This document shows positions 13,874 through 26,800 of a stretch of 64,000 bases of DNA, one piece after another (the stretch's first letter is position 1; each line of letters begins with the position of its first letter). The position numbers and the translations under genes were made by a program. The notes under the pieces were generated by a model that saw nothing but the letters and a program-made list of their open reading frames with translations, made no database searches and was not told the DNA's origin. Origin of the DNA: Octopus vulgaris (lineage: Eukaryota); NCBI GenBank assembly GCA_951406725.2, contig OX597823.1:4650001-4714000 (forward strand), given 5' to 3'.

Positions 13874-14192
13874 ATGAATACTAACAGACGATGGATAATT
13901 GTCAGCTCATTACAGCCGTTTCCTGTGCATCTTTTGATAGAATAATGAGAATATTACTTCATTGCAAAAAACCGTGATCATCAGATGAGACATAATTCCA
14001 AAAACAACAGAATGTCCAAAGAATACAGCAGGGACATCCCAGCTCTATTCTTTTGATTTTGAAAAATGTTTCATCAGATGATTACATTTTTTTTTTTTTT
14101 TGCAATGAAGTAATATATTCTCATTCTTCTATTAAAAAAATGTGCAAGAAATGGCTGTAATGAGCTGGCAATTATCTATCATCTGTTATTCA
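13874..14192. mobile_element. Degenerate palindromic MITE-like element
   Basis: Arms gatggataattgtcagctcattacagcc..tattacttcattgcaaaa and ttttgcaatgaagtaata..ggctgtaatgagctggcaattatctatc are reverse complements. Confidence 0.7.
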
Positions 14193-15171
14193 TATACGTG
14201 TGTGTGTGTGTATTTGTATATATATATATATGTATATATGTGTGTGTGTGTGTGTGTGATAATACAAACATAGATAGACACACAAGTGCCATCCATTCAC
14301 GGGACAATAAAAACTTTTCTTAGACTATAAATTCTTTTACTAAATAAATGAATTTTATATTTTATAAGGGAATAATAAGAGTATAAAGGGAACTCTCTGC
14401 GTAATAAAAACTGATATAAATATTATTTGGTTGGTTGCTTGGTTAGTTGATAGTTATATTTTCTGATAAGTTAATCAGCACATGATAAGTAACACTGGTA
14501 TATGATAGTTTCAAATTTTGGCACAGGGCCAGCAGCTTTTTGGGGGAGTAGGGAAGTCAATTACATTAAACCCCCACCCCGTATTTGACTGGTGGTGGTA
14601 TGTATTTTATCAACCCTGAAAGAATGATAACCAAAGTCAACCCCAGTAGAATTTGAATTCAGAACATAAAGGCAGAACTTTTAGCCTTTTTGTGTCCAGT
14701 ATACTAAGGGTTCTGCCAGCTCACTGCCCTATTCTAGCGATATGATAAAAACTTGTGAAAAAATGACTGAGACACAGAAAATATAAATCAATGGACCAGA
14801 TGATTTGTAGTATTTCATTACATCCCTTTATATTCTAGTTTGCAAATTCAATTGGGATCAACTTTATCCTACGTCCTTCTGGAATCGATAAAATAAATAC
14901 CCCTTGAGTACATAGATCAGGGCAATTAGTTTTACTCTTCCATGCAAATTCATGACCTTCAGCTAAGAAATCAGTATTTAGTTGCATTCTGAATTTACCG
15001 ACTCTCATGACCAATTCTATTTTTCTCCCCTTTGGGAAGGAGGAAAACTACCAGTTATATGCTGGGTTTATTAAATTAACCACATTGCACCAACAGATTT
15101 TGTAGCCAAGTGTTAAAGATCAATATACATTTAAGTCAATGAAGGAACCTATTTCTCACACCCACACACAA

Positions 15172-15990
15172 ATGACTGCACTGGTATGGTCATGTGGCAA
15201 GAATGGATGAGGATAGCTGTGTGAAAAAGTGCCACACCCTAGCAGTTGAGGGAGCCTGTGTAAGAGGTAGACCCAGGAAGACCTGGGATGAGGTGGTGAA
15301 GGACAGCCTTCAAACATTAGGCCTCACTGAGACAATAACTAGTGACCGAGACCTTTGGAAATTTGCAATGTATGAGAAGACCCAGCAAGCCAAGTGAGAC
15401 CATAACCTTGTGGCCTATGCCAGGGGTGTAACCAGCTCACTTATGCGTAACTTTCCTCCATTGGACATTAAACTCTGTTTGCGAAGACCTGTTGAGGAAA
15501 GTGAAATCGAAATTGAATCAAATTCGATGACTGGCACCCATGCCAGTGGAGAGCTAAGAGCACCATCCAAGCATAATCGTTGCCAGAGAAGCTAACTGGC
15601 TTCCGTGCTGGTGGCACATAAAAGGCACCATTCAAACGAGATTGTTACCTGCATCGCTTTACTGACACTTGTGCCAGTGACATGTGAAAAACATTCAAGT
15701 GAGGTCAATGCCAGTGCCGCCAGACTGGCTCCTGTGCAGGTAGCACATAAAAAACACCACTTGAGCGTGACTGTTGCCAGTACCACCTGACTGGCCTCAT
15801 GCAGGTGGCACATGAAAGCACCCACTACACTCTTGGAGTGGTTGGCATCAGGAAGGGCATCCAGCTGTAGAAACTTTGCCAGATCAGATTGGAGCCTGGT
15901 GCAGCCATCTGGTTCGCCAGTCCTCAATTAAATCATCCAACCCATGCTAGCATGGAGAGTGGGCATTAAACAATGATGATGATGATGATA
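15172..15990 (+). mobile_element. 5'-truncated RTE LINE: ORF C-terminus, 3'UTR with ~60-70-bp tandem units, (GAT)n tail
   Basis: LHWYGHVARMDEDSCVKK..VEG..RGRPRKTW..DRDLW is the RTE C-terminus. It is contiguous with the gtggcac.taaaaagcacc units and the ggaagggcatccagctgtagaaac..gatgatgat tail. Confidence 0.85.
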
Positions 15991-16020
15991 TACATACACA
16001 CACACACATATATATATATA

Positions 16021-16445
16021 TCGGAATCGAAATTGAACCAATCCTATGACTGGCACCCGGCAGATGCCAGGACCCCTGGACTGGAGATACGTAATAAGTA
16101 CTATCCGAATCGTGGCCGATGCCAGCGCCGCCTCGACTGGCTTCCGTGTCGGTGGCACGTAAAAAGCACCATCCGGATCGTGGCTGAAGCCAGTGCCGCC
16201 TCGACTGGCTTCCATGCAGGTGGCACGTAAAATGCACCAATCCGACCGTGCACCAGTGCAGGTGGCACGTAAAAAGCACCAACTACACTCACGGAGTGGT
16301 TGGCGTTAGGAAGGGCATCCAGCTGTAGAAACATTGCCAGATAAGACCGGAGCCTGGTGCAGCCTTCTGGCTTCCCAGATCCCCGGTCGAACCGTCCAAC
16401 CCATGCTAGCATGGAGAACGGACGTTAAACAATGATGATGATGAT
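16021..16445 (+). mobile_element. RTE 3'UTR/tail copy (representative of the commonest repeat here)
   Basis: Same tail and tandem units as 15400-15990. Other copies: 1-300(-), 18910-19090(+), 19153-19720(-), 24772-25080(-), 31682-31996(-), 34923-35223(+), 36757-36897(+), 39617-39869(+), 45651-45760(-), 46359-46735(-), 50708-50897(-), 53421-53840(+), 61470-61760(+). Confidence 0.85.
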
Positions 16446-16881
16446 ATATATAAATATACAAACACATCTACATATAGATAGATAGATACCAATTTAAACT
16501 TACTTGTTTAAATTCAATGAATATATTTATTGAAATAGTCTTTATTATCTCATAAAGGAATGATACTCCAGAGTATATGCATTTTATAATTACACACACA
16601 CACATATATATATATGTACACTTGCTTAGATATTAACATAGCTTTGTGTGAATGCATGCACACCATTGTTTCATGGTTGCCAGGAGATAACCCAGCACTC
16701 AGTGTATCTGTATGTTGCACTAGTTTCTATTGATCTTTCCAATCAAAGTATCTTAAGGGAGAAAGTGGGAATGGCTGTCTCTGCATAAACCTCGTCCAAT
16801 TTAACCCTTTAAATATGTGTAGTGAACTAGAACTAAATTGAAAATAACAATGACAGGTTTAGTAAAATAACTTTACTGTTA

Positions 16882-17305
16882 TTAACCCTTTTGTTACCAT
16901 ATTTATTTGGAAATATACAATCTTCATTTCAATAAATATTAAAATAATGAAAATTTGTCATTATCAAGTTTGTGTTTTTAACATAAAAAAAACAACATTT
17001 TGACAGATTTAAATTTAGACCGCTTTGATCCTTTTGATGCCAACCCATCTCAGACCAGCCCTGGTTCTATTATAGGAACTTCCTGTTTCAAGTCAACTCG
17101 ATTAAAACCTTCCATCAAAATTTCACATTGTGTTCCAAATACCAGTTTAATTATAATAGAGCTATTTTATTAAATTCTTCATAATTTTCCAAATTAATTG
17201 AAACAAAACCAGTCTATTTCAACAGAAATATGTTAAGTAAAGGGTTAATTCAAGAAGTTTGTATCATTGAACTAGGACCAGTCTCAGATAGGTTAGTATC
17301 AAAAG
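16882..17305. mobile_element. Nested copies of an AT-rich piggyBac-like family
   Basis: TTAACCCTTTT and AAAGGGTTAA ends; core aaaccttccatcaaaatttc..ttccaaatacca. The same family occurs at ~2870-3050, 19740-19990, 43550-43720, 49130-49420, 51470-51700 and 54760-54920. Confidence 0.6.
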
Positions 17306-17751
17306 AACAAACGATCCATATTAATTGTTTAACATTATCACTGTTTCAGCAACAACCAAGAGATATGTATCAATAAACTTTATTTAGTCACATAGTACAT
17401 CTAAAAGGGACAGCAGTCAATCCATTGAAGTGTTGAATAAATACCTTGTGGTATTTGTTCAACTTGTTTGAGTTCTGCTCTTAAATTCCCCCCAAGTTTA
17501 CTTTACTACAAACTGGTACTCCATTGGCTATGACAATAAGCATTCCTTTGATCTGATCAACAGAACGTCCTGCTTGTGAAATATACAAGTGGTTAAGCAC
17601 TCTACAAACAGGCATACCCTCAACACAGATCTCAGAAAGATTCAGCATGGCACAGCAACCTTTGAAGTACAGGTACTACTCATCTCATTTTAGTCAGCTG
17701 AGTGAACTGGAGCAATGAGAAATAAAGTGTCTTTATCTATAAAAGGCTGGA

Positions 17752-17785
<34 letters not shown>

Positions 17786-20700
17786 AATGTACTTTATGCA
17801 TGTCCACAAATTAGTACACATGTCACTCCAATTGTAGGAGGACATTGGTCACAATCATGGCTGTGCTTTTGTCAACTTATTTTTCCCTAGGCATCTCTGG
17901 ATAGTGGTAAAAATAGCTTTTCAACCATAACTTTTACCAATTTTCATGTCGATGAAATCTGTAAGTTTGCTAACATGAGTTAAGTCCCTGTCTTATAGAT
18001 TAATTCACCCTACGACAATTAGATTTCAACTACCTAAGCAATCTTAGTGTAGGAAAAGAGAAAGAGCTGAAGAGACTGACTATCAACAGACCCATTAGTA
18101 AAATATAACTTTTGGGGCCAAAGCCTGTCAATATGAGCTTGCAAATATTCCGCTATGAAACATTTAATAAAATCAAAGCAGTAACTTTCATAAATCAGGG
18201 TATAATTTTTGAAGACTCTTTCTGAACCCAGTCAATGACGAGTATTTCTGCTAGTCATAAATAAAGTCTTGCTCAGGAATCGAACTCATGACCTTGCAAT
18301 TGTGAGCTGAATACTTCACCCACTGAGCCATGCACTTTCACAGGTCTATAAAATAAGTCTGAATCAGTCATGTTCTAGGTTTGATTCTTCTGTCTCTCAG
18401 AATTAAGTTCCCTGCAATGAGGGGAGGAAGTACCAGGCTGTTCACAGTGTTCCTTTCTCCCAAAACAAGTGTTTCTCCTCTGTTCTCATAAATGGCTTTG
18501 GCAGAGAAGATCTCCATCATTTGATCATGAGGATTCGGTTGTTTGATTGGCTGAATTAATACATTAATGGCTGAGTATTCCATAGACATGTGCACCCTTT
18601 ATGCAACTCTAAGGTAGAATCAATATGACATTATGAAGAGAGAAATAATTATAACCCTTGAAATACCCTATCAGAGTATGGCACACACACAAATGATCAG
18701 GTAGTGATTCAATTATTCTAGAAAGATCATTACTAAATTATTGGCCATGTGGTTATATATATATATTTATTATGGTTCTGAAAGAGTATTGCAATGTAGC
18801 ACTCATTCTGGGTTCAAGGCTATCTACACTCTAGGATGATTGAAATAGTGTAAAAAATCCAGATATTACACCAGAAAATTCAATATATTGGTCTTCTAAT
18901 TCTACCTTTGGCACGTAAAAAGCACCCACTACACTCTCGGAGTGGTTGGCATTAGGAAGGGCATCCAGCTGTAAAAAGTTTGCCAGATCAGACTGGAGCC
19001 TGGTGCAGCTGCTGGCTCTCCAGACCTCAGTCAAACCGTCCAACCCACGCCAGCATGGGAAATGGATGTTAAACGATGGTGATGATGATAATGATCTAGG
19101 TCCTGTCTGCTCTTTCACCATTTTTATCCTTTTCTAATTATTGTTTCTTCTTGATCATCATCATCATCCTCGTTTAATGTCTGCTTTCCTTGCTGGCATG
19201 GGTTGGACAGTTTGACTGAGGGCTGGCAAGCCAGAAGGCTGCACCAGGCTCCAATCCGATCGGGCAATGTTTCTACAGCTGGGTACCCTTCCTAACGCCA
19301 ACCACTCTGAGAGTGTAGTGGGTGCTTTTTATGTGCCACAGGCACGAGGGACTGTCAGGCAGTACTGACATTGACCATGCTTGAATGCTGCTTTTTACAT
19401 GCCACTTGCACAGGAGCCAGCAGGTAGCACTGGCAATGATCATGCTTGAACAGTGCTTTTTATGTGCTACCAGCATCAAGCAGACTCGAATGGTGCTTTT
19501 TAATGTGCCACAGCAAGGACTTCACTTGACTCAAAAGATATTCACAAGCACAGTTTACTGCCCAATGATTGAAGGGTACTTTTAAATGGGTCAGTTATGC
19601 TGCCCTGGCATAGGCCATGGTTACAGCTTCACTTGGCTTGTTGGGTCTCCTCAAGCACAATACATCTCCAAAGGTCTCGATCGCTTGTCATCACCTCCAT
19701 GAGGCCCAAAATTTGAAGGCTCCTATGGTGCACTCTTCTTGCTTTAAATTAAAACCTCCTATCAAAATTTCATGCCATGTTCCAAATACTAGCTTCATAT
19801 TTACTCCTTTATGGTCAACTCTTGATATCAACCTGAGATTATTCTTGGTTCTGTGGTATACACATCTTGTTTTAGAGTCAGTAAAATTTCATATTAGGTC
19901 CACGACGAAGTTAATTTACTAAACTATTCATTATTTACAAATTAATTGAAACATTAGTAGTGTATTTCAAGAAAAATATTCTGAAAGGGTTTGACAATGT
20001 AAAAAACTAATCAAAACAGTGTACTTCATCAGAAATGTGGTCCCAAAAGATTGATTTCTCACAAACCCCTAAATTTTGAAAGAAGTCCCAATCAATTAAA
20101 TCATCCAAAATATTTGACAGCCAACAGTTTTTATTGTACGTAGAATTAAAGATTTTGCCAGGAATTCAACTATGAACATAAACGGATTGTAATCTGAAGG
20201 GGACAAACCACGTTTCCCTTTCCACTTCTCCCCGATAAAACAGATGAACAAAAAAATTCAAAATTCTATATTTCTCACCATTTTACATTATCCCTACATG
20301 TTACTTTATTTTTTTCCAATGCTCTGATAGAAATGACCTTTGACGTGCTTCCTAAATGGGACCTCTCTAGACATCCGGAGAGTTAAGTAAATCCTTATAA
20401 GGAAGTGCTTTTGTCATAATTGCAATGGAGCAGGAACAAAGGCTCTCTGGTGCTTTTGTCTCCAAGGCCATAAGATGCATCTAGCTCAGTATAATGGTAA
20501 ACAAACATTTCACCTAGGCAGCGATCTGGCAGAAATGCTTAGTAGCATTTCGTCTGACCTTATGTTCAGAGTTCAAATTCTGCTGAGGTTGACTTTGCCA
20601 TCGATCCTATTAGGGGTCAATCTAATCGACTGGCCTCCCGCTGCCCAAAATTTCAGGCCTTGTGCAGAAAAGAAAGGAACGTTTCACCATCCAACCATAA

Positions 20701-21611
20701 AAACAATCCTTTGTATTGGTACAAAATACAAAATTCGGTAGAATGAGGCTAGCCGACTACCCTGATTTATTTATTGTAATGACCCCAAGAGGATGAAAGA
20801 TAAAATCAGCCATAATGGAATTTGAACTTAGAACATAACGACTGACCCAAATGCAAGCAGCATTTTGTCTGGTATGCCTAAACAAGCGACCAGAAGAAGG
20901 GAGATAATCATGTCAGAGATGAAATCTCCACAATGTTATTGACATATATTGGGTGCAACAAGAGAAAGAGGGCGAAGACATCCAAATGTAAAAAAGGTTC
21001 CATGGTTCTGAGCTTTATCCAACCCATGCTGACATGGATGTAAAAGGGGGAGATCTCGTGACCCCGATATACTAATTATATGGTCACCCCGTGTTAATAG
21101 TTTACCTTGGGTTTGTAAACTTTGCCTATTGCTATCCGGGGAAGTGACCTGTAGCCCACCTAAAACAATACTGTGTTAAAATTAGTCGTTTCAGGACACG
21201 ACCCCCTTTCCTTCACGTAACCAAACAATGGCTCATTCAAGACTTCACCACTTGAAAATTATTTTTGTCTGAAATACAGTGCTGTAGCCCCTTAAAAAAC
21301 AAAAACTTATAGGCTCTATAAGCATTGCTCCTCTGCAGACAAGTCACTGCAAGTCCTTGAACAACTTTGCTTTGCATCAAAACGGCCACTAAACTCACTC
21401 ACCACTTTTCTTGATGACCATTCATAGTAATCACACACGCACTGGACCAAAGCAGTACAGGCACTCATCTGCTCCTTTATAGACAAACCCAAAGTCCAAG
21501 ACAGGTGAACTCACCATTTAGCATTCAGATCACTATCAGACATATTGCTCACTTATTCAATCTGGTTTCAATGTGATTGTATACTTTTTAGATTGACATT
21601 GCATTTTAAGT

Positions 21612-21805
21612 GACGATTTCATCTCAACCGAAGGAGAGGAGCTCTCTCCGTCCGTGGAACAAGCTGCCAGACGAGATGGTGAAGATGCCGACGACCGCTC
21701 TGTTCAAAGCCTCCCTTGACCTCAAGTGGCCTGAACCCTTTACATGAACACCACCCTGTACTTAACTCCATGGCCTTGCTATGTGCTTTTGAGCCAAATT
21801 AACTA
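21612..21805 (+). mobile_element. CR1/L2-clade LINE 3' fragment
   Basis: PWNKLPDEMVKMPTTALFKASLD matches the CR1 ORF2 terminal motif WNxLPxxxVxxxxxxxFKxxLD. Confidence 0.75.
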
Positions 21806-23125
21806 AGTGTGAGGTGCCAAATCCAGCACAGGTTAACACAATATATTTGGGACCAGAAATGGCTGCTTTAAATCGAAGAATATTTACAAATCCTATTAAG
21901 TAATCTGAATCCAGTTTACCAATAGTAAAATGTCAACTTTACGATACTTATACCTCTATGGGTCATCCGAGATGGATATTCTTGCAGAATCAACAACTCT
22001 GTACGACATTATACAACTTTCAGGTGAATGTCACCACATTTCATGAGAAGCTCCTACATCAACCTGGAAGATGCAGCACTTTGGATGTTGACATCATGTT
22101 AATGGTTATCAGGTTGGGATTAGGTACAGAACTGGCATTGGAGACTATTCCTTAAAGAGGAAAGACAAGAACAGGGATCTGTTTTTGAGAATGGGTATCC
22201 GCTAAAGAATGCCCTTGGAAAAGAAAAAAAACTTTTACCAGAATATTGTATATGGGCGTGGTGGACCAGGCTTGCTGTGGGAGGTTGGATTTGGTAGGCA
22301 TGTGCATCTTTGTGTCTCTGCCATGACACCACTTTAGAGTTGTACAACAGTCAGAGTTGCTGATTCAGCAAAAGTGTTTGCCTACAGAATATGGCCAAGA
22401 CACAAACATACAAATGCCTACCAAATCCACAGACAGAACATTGTAGGGTAGCCTCCCCCCCGGTCATCTTCATATGAATAGTGGATACCCATACTTCAAA
22501 AAAAAAATTTGCCCCTATCCTTGTCAGAACCACAATGCATCCAGTGTAGTTAAAAGCAACACCACTCTTACAGGAATAACCTCCATCACCAATTCTGCAT
22601 CTAACTGTACTTCCAAAGCTGATAGACATCAACATCCAAAGTGCAGCATCCTCCAGACTAATTTAGGACCCCTAATGACTATCATGGAATGTAGTAACAT
22701 TCAGTAAAGGGAAATTAGAGTCAATGTTACAAGAACCAAACCGTTCAGGATAACTTAGCAATTTTATTCTTTTACTTTTGGAAGAATTCCCCAAAACAAG
22801 AATTGTTGCAGCTAAACATGATTGCATGAAAGCTTTTATACATAGACCGATAGAACAAGTACTAGGTTTACAAAGAATAGGTCCCAGGGTCGATTTATTC
22901 GAATAAAGGTGGTACTCCAGCATAGCCAGTCAAACGACACAAATAAAAGAATATAAGAAACGCATCTTAATATACTCTTTTGACACTAATGTGGCCAACA
23001 CTACTGATGCTGATACAAAGTTATCTAAAAACACCCGTCAAAATTTCTGGCTAATCTATGCTCCCGACACCAGCTTCATAGTGACCTGGTCATTCTACTA
23101 AATTAAAGTTCTAGACTTCCATATA

Positions 23126-23720
23126 CAGTGATCCCTTGCTACTTTGCAGTTCAACCATCGTGGACTTTTAAAACATATAAACACCTAAAATTTTTCATTA
23201 AATCCATTAAAATGTTAATTCCGAGTAGAGGAACAAAACAGCATATATAGGAGAAGGGGCTGTGATTGGTGCAATGGAGAGAGACAAATTACAGCTTTCC
23301 ATTTTGTAACCTGGCATGTGATTGGTGCTTTGACCGAGACTCAGATCCGCAGCATCTTCACCAGTCGTCTCTCTCACAGCCATTTCGCTTCAAGCTTTCT
23401 CGCCGAGTGAACCACTCAGTTCACTGTACTACTTTACACTGTGTAATTGTTTTTTTTTTCTGTTTCTTTCTGTTATCATCCCTTGCAATGGCTCCCAAGC
23501 TTATTTCGTGCTGAGTATGGTATCAATCTTCATTTAAAACAAAAAATCTTAAGTGTTATTGCTTAACAGTTGTCCTTGTTATTAATAGACTACTGTAACG
23601 GGTAGGCTGTTAACCGTAGAGGGAGGGTCTTAAAAGTCCAAATACACGTTAAATAAATATTGTAAATATGGTCACGGCTGGTCTCGGAACCAATCTGCCG
23701 CTGTAAACGAGGGATCACTG
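23126..23720 (+). mobile_element. Tigger/pogo-like non-autonomous DNA transposon
   Basis: TA|CAGTGATCCCT..AGGGATCACTG|TA termini. Internal ATGGCTCCCAAG (MAPK) resembles a transposase start remnant. Confidence 0.8.
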
Positions 23721-23832
23721 TATAACATCACTAACAAAATACATAGGAAACCCAATATAAAAATAATAAAATAACAATAATGTGATTGAGCAGAGCATTT
23801 ATTTACACCTCATTAATCTCTTGCAAAGCTCC

Positions 23833-26800
23833 TCAGTCGAACAAACCTGGAAAAGAAAAAGAAACCAAAGTGAATAATTAGCAACAAGTGTCAAGATAAA
23901 CACTAACGGGAATATTGTCTACAAATAATGAATAATCAACCGGTTTCCCTGACCTGTGCATCACATTCCCAACTCCTATCAATCAGCAGAGTAACTTGGG
24001 TGGAGGCACATGGCAGCGAGGGATTGCAGGTTCGAATCTCAGACCGGGCAATGTGTGTGTTTATGAGTGAAACACTGAAGCTCTACGCGGCTCCGGCAGA
24101 AGGTAATGGAACTTCTGCTGACTCTTTTGCCACAGCTTTCACTCTTTCCTCCTGCATCTTGCAGCTCACTTGCGACGGACCAGAGTCCTGTCCAGGTGGG
24201 GAACTTATACGCCAAGGAAATCGGCCCTTATGAGCCAGGCATGGCTCGAGAAGGAACAAAAAAGTAACTTGGGACTTATGAATGGAAAGCTTTAACATCA
24301 CTCAACATATGAAATAATGGTTAACTAAAAGACTTGAAAACAAATATGGAAGCTTAGGACAAAGCCACTGGCAAAACTTTTTCTATACTTACCAAAGCCC
24401 ATGTCGTCATCCGACTCCTCTGATTCTTCTTTCTTCTCCTCTTTCTTTTCTTCTGCAATATTGAATCATACAAAAACATTTAGTGAAGCACAACAGAGAA
24501 CAGGGAGAGCAAAAAACAAAACAAAAACCCATATACTTATAATACCCTCAGGTCAACCAAAAGCTGTAATAACATGTTACATAATGTACAAAGCCAGGAC
24601 ACTATTTTATAGCGATTTCAAATCCATTTGCTCATCTTTCTGATGGCCACCTCCATCAGCTACAACACTCTTGATAGGAAGTATGGAAGTGTAGACAAAG
24701 CCAACCTGATTATGTAACCAAAATGCAAGTAGTTAAGATTGATGAGGAGCCAATTGTTCAACCAACTGAATCATCATCATCATTTAACGTCCGATTTCCA
24801 TGTTAGTATGGGTTGGACGATTTGACTGAGGGCCGCACCAGGCTTCAATTTTGTTCTGGCAGAGTTTCCACAGCTAGATGCCTTTCCTAATGCCAGAGAG
24901 TGTAGTAAGTGCCTTTACGTGCCAGTAAGGCGATGCACACTCGAATGGTGCCCTTTACAAGCCAGTTAGCCACTCGGGCAACGATAACGCTCAGATGGCA
25001 CTCTTAGCACCCCACTAGCATGGGGCACAAGTGCCAGTAAGGCAACGCTGGTAACGATCACACTTGAATGGTGTCTTTTGAGTGTGATCCTTACCAGGCA
25101 CCCGAGTGTGAATATATTTCTGTATTGCCTACCAGGACTTAAACATAGGAGGACAAAGAAAAGGGGATCGAGTCGATTACATTGATCCCAGTGCGTAGTT
25201 GGTACTTACTTAATCGACCCCGAAAGGATGAAAGGGAAAGTCAACCGTAGCGGAATTTGAACTCAGAATGTAATGGCAGATGAAAACACGCTAAGCCTTT
25301 TGCCCGGTGTGCTAGCAATTCTGCCAGGGAGCCACCAATCGAATAATCTACTCCTGAATTAAAGTGTCTAAACCTGACTATTCCACTGGTGTGTATACCC
25401 TTAATGTAATTCCCAGTTCGCATCACCATCATCATCCACCCGACTTCGACATTCATTCCAAGATGCTACAACAGGATCTAACCCAAGCCAATACACTAAC
25501 ATCAAAATGTCAGATACTTAGAATATTGTAACTGAAAGCGATAGGGATCCCGTTTTCAAATTTAAAAACACAAACCAATGAAAGGAACTTTTACACGGGG
25601 CTGGATTTAATAGAAATAAATATACCTATATATCAGTGACGTGGCATACAAAATAACTTGAGGTATTTGGCTAAGCACCAGACACCATTAAGTATCTGCT
25701 AGCAATCCTGGAAGGAGTGCTCAAACTAAACACACACACACATGGGAAACTTAGCTGTGACACACAAAATACTAAAAACACCAGAGTACATACCTTTGGC
25801 AGGAGCACCACCTGCATCACCAGCAGGTGCAGCACCACCAGCTGGTGCGCCACCAGCAGGTGCAGCTGCCATGCTGCCTATATTGGAAAGCATTGACTTG
25901 ATGTCCACACCATCCAAAGCACGAGCAAACAGAGCTGTAAGAAACAGTTCAATATGTATTAGACAACAAAAACAGTAAATATATATAAAAAAAAAAAACC
26001 TCATTATTTACAATACTGAAATTGTGTCTGAAACTTAACCTCAAGTTAGAATATCCGTCATTCCAACATAACTTAAAAAGGGTTTCAGCAGGAGTTGATG
26101 TAGCAAGCCTCAGGAGGACACCTGGTACATACACCAAGCACCGCTTATTCTTGCATGTTTTACTAGCGAACACAACAATATACATAGAAGATACATCGCT
26201 ATAAAAGAACTGTTACATAGCAATACAAAATGCCTAGCAACTCAATACCCCTTGAACTACACCCTAAGCCAACCCTGTAGCTAGATACACAGTAACTGAA
26301 TGCACACACAAAACTCACCCAGCCAAACCACATTATATCATCCTCGTAAATTAACGCCCGCTTTCCATGCTGGCATGGGTCAGACAGTTTGAGGGAGCAC
26401 TGGCAAGGTTTCTACAGCTGGATTCCCTTCCTAACGCCAACCAGAGGGTGTAGTGGATGCTTTTCATGTGCCATCCACACGAGAGCCAGTCAGGCAGCTC
26501 ACACGAATGGCACTTATACGCAAATCATTCCATAATATATACACCAGTTAGTTCCTTGGTTCAGCCCCACTGCATAGCTCCATGGACAAGTGCTTTTACT
26601 ACACCGAGTCAATCAACGTCTTGTAAACAGATACGATGGAAAGAAACCCGTCGTTATTTGTGTTATGAGCTTTACCCTCCCAAACTCAATGATGCATGAC
26701 TGTTGTAAATGACTACCAATCACACAAAGAGTTCAACAATTTGCAGCTTCACATGAAAGCATGACTAGCAAAGGAGAAAAACGAGACAGGTGAGGGCCAG

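Noticed and set aside
15530-15830. CRISPR-like repeat/spacer appearance of the ~60-70-bp units
   Set aside because: The 'spacers' are homologous to one another, the DNA is eukaryotic and there are no cas genes; it is a LINE-internal minisatellite.
24582-24700. Possible H/ACA RNA in RPLP1 intron 3 (AGATGA box, hairpin, ACA)
   Set aside because: The 5' hairpin is too short and has no pocket; the boxes alone are expected by chance.
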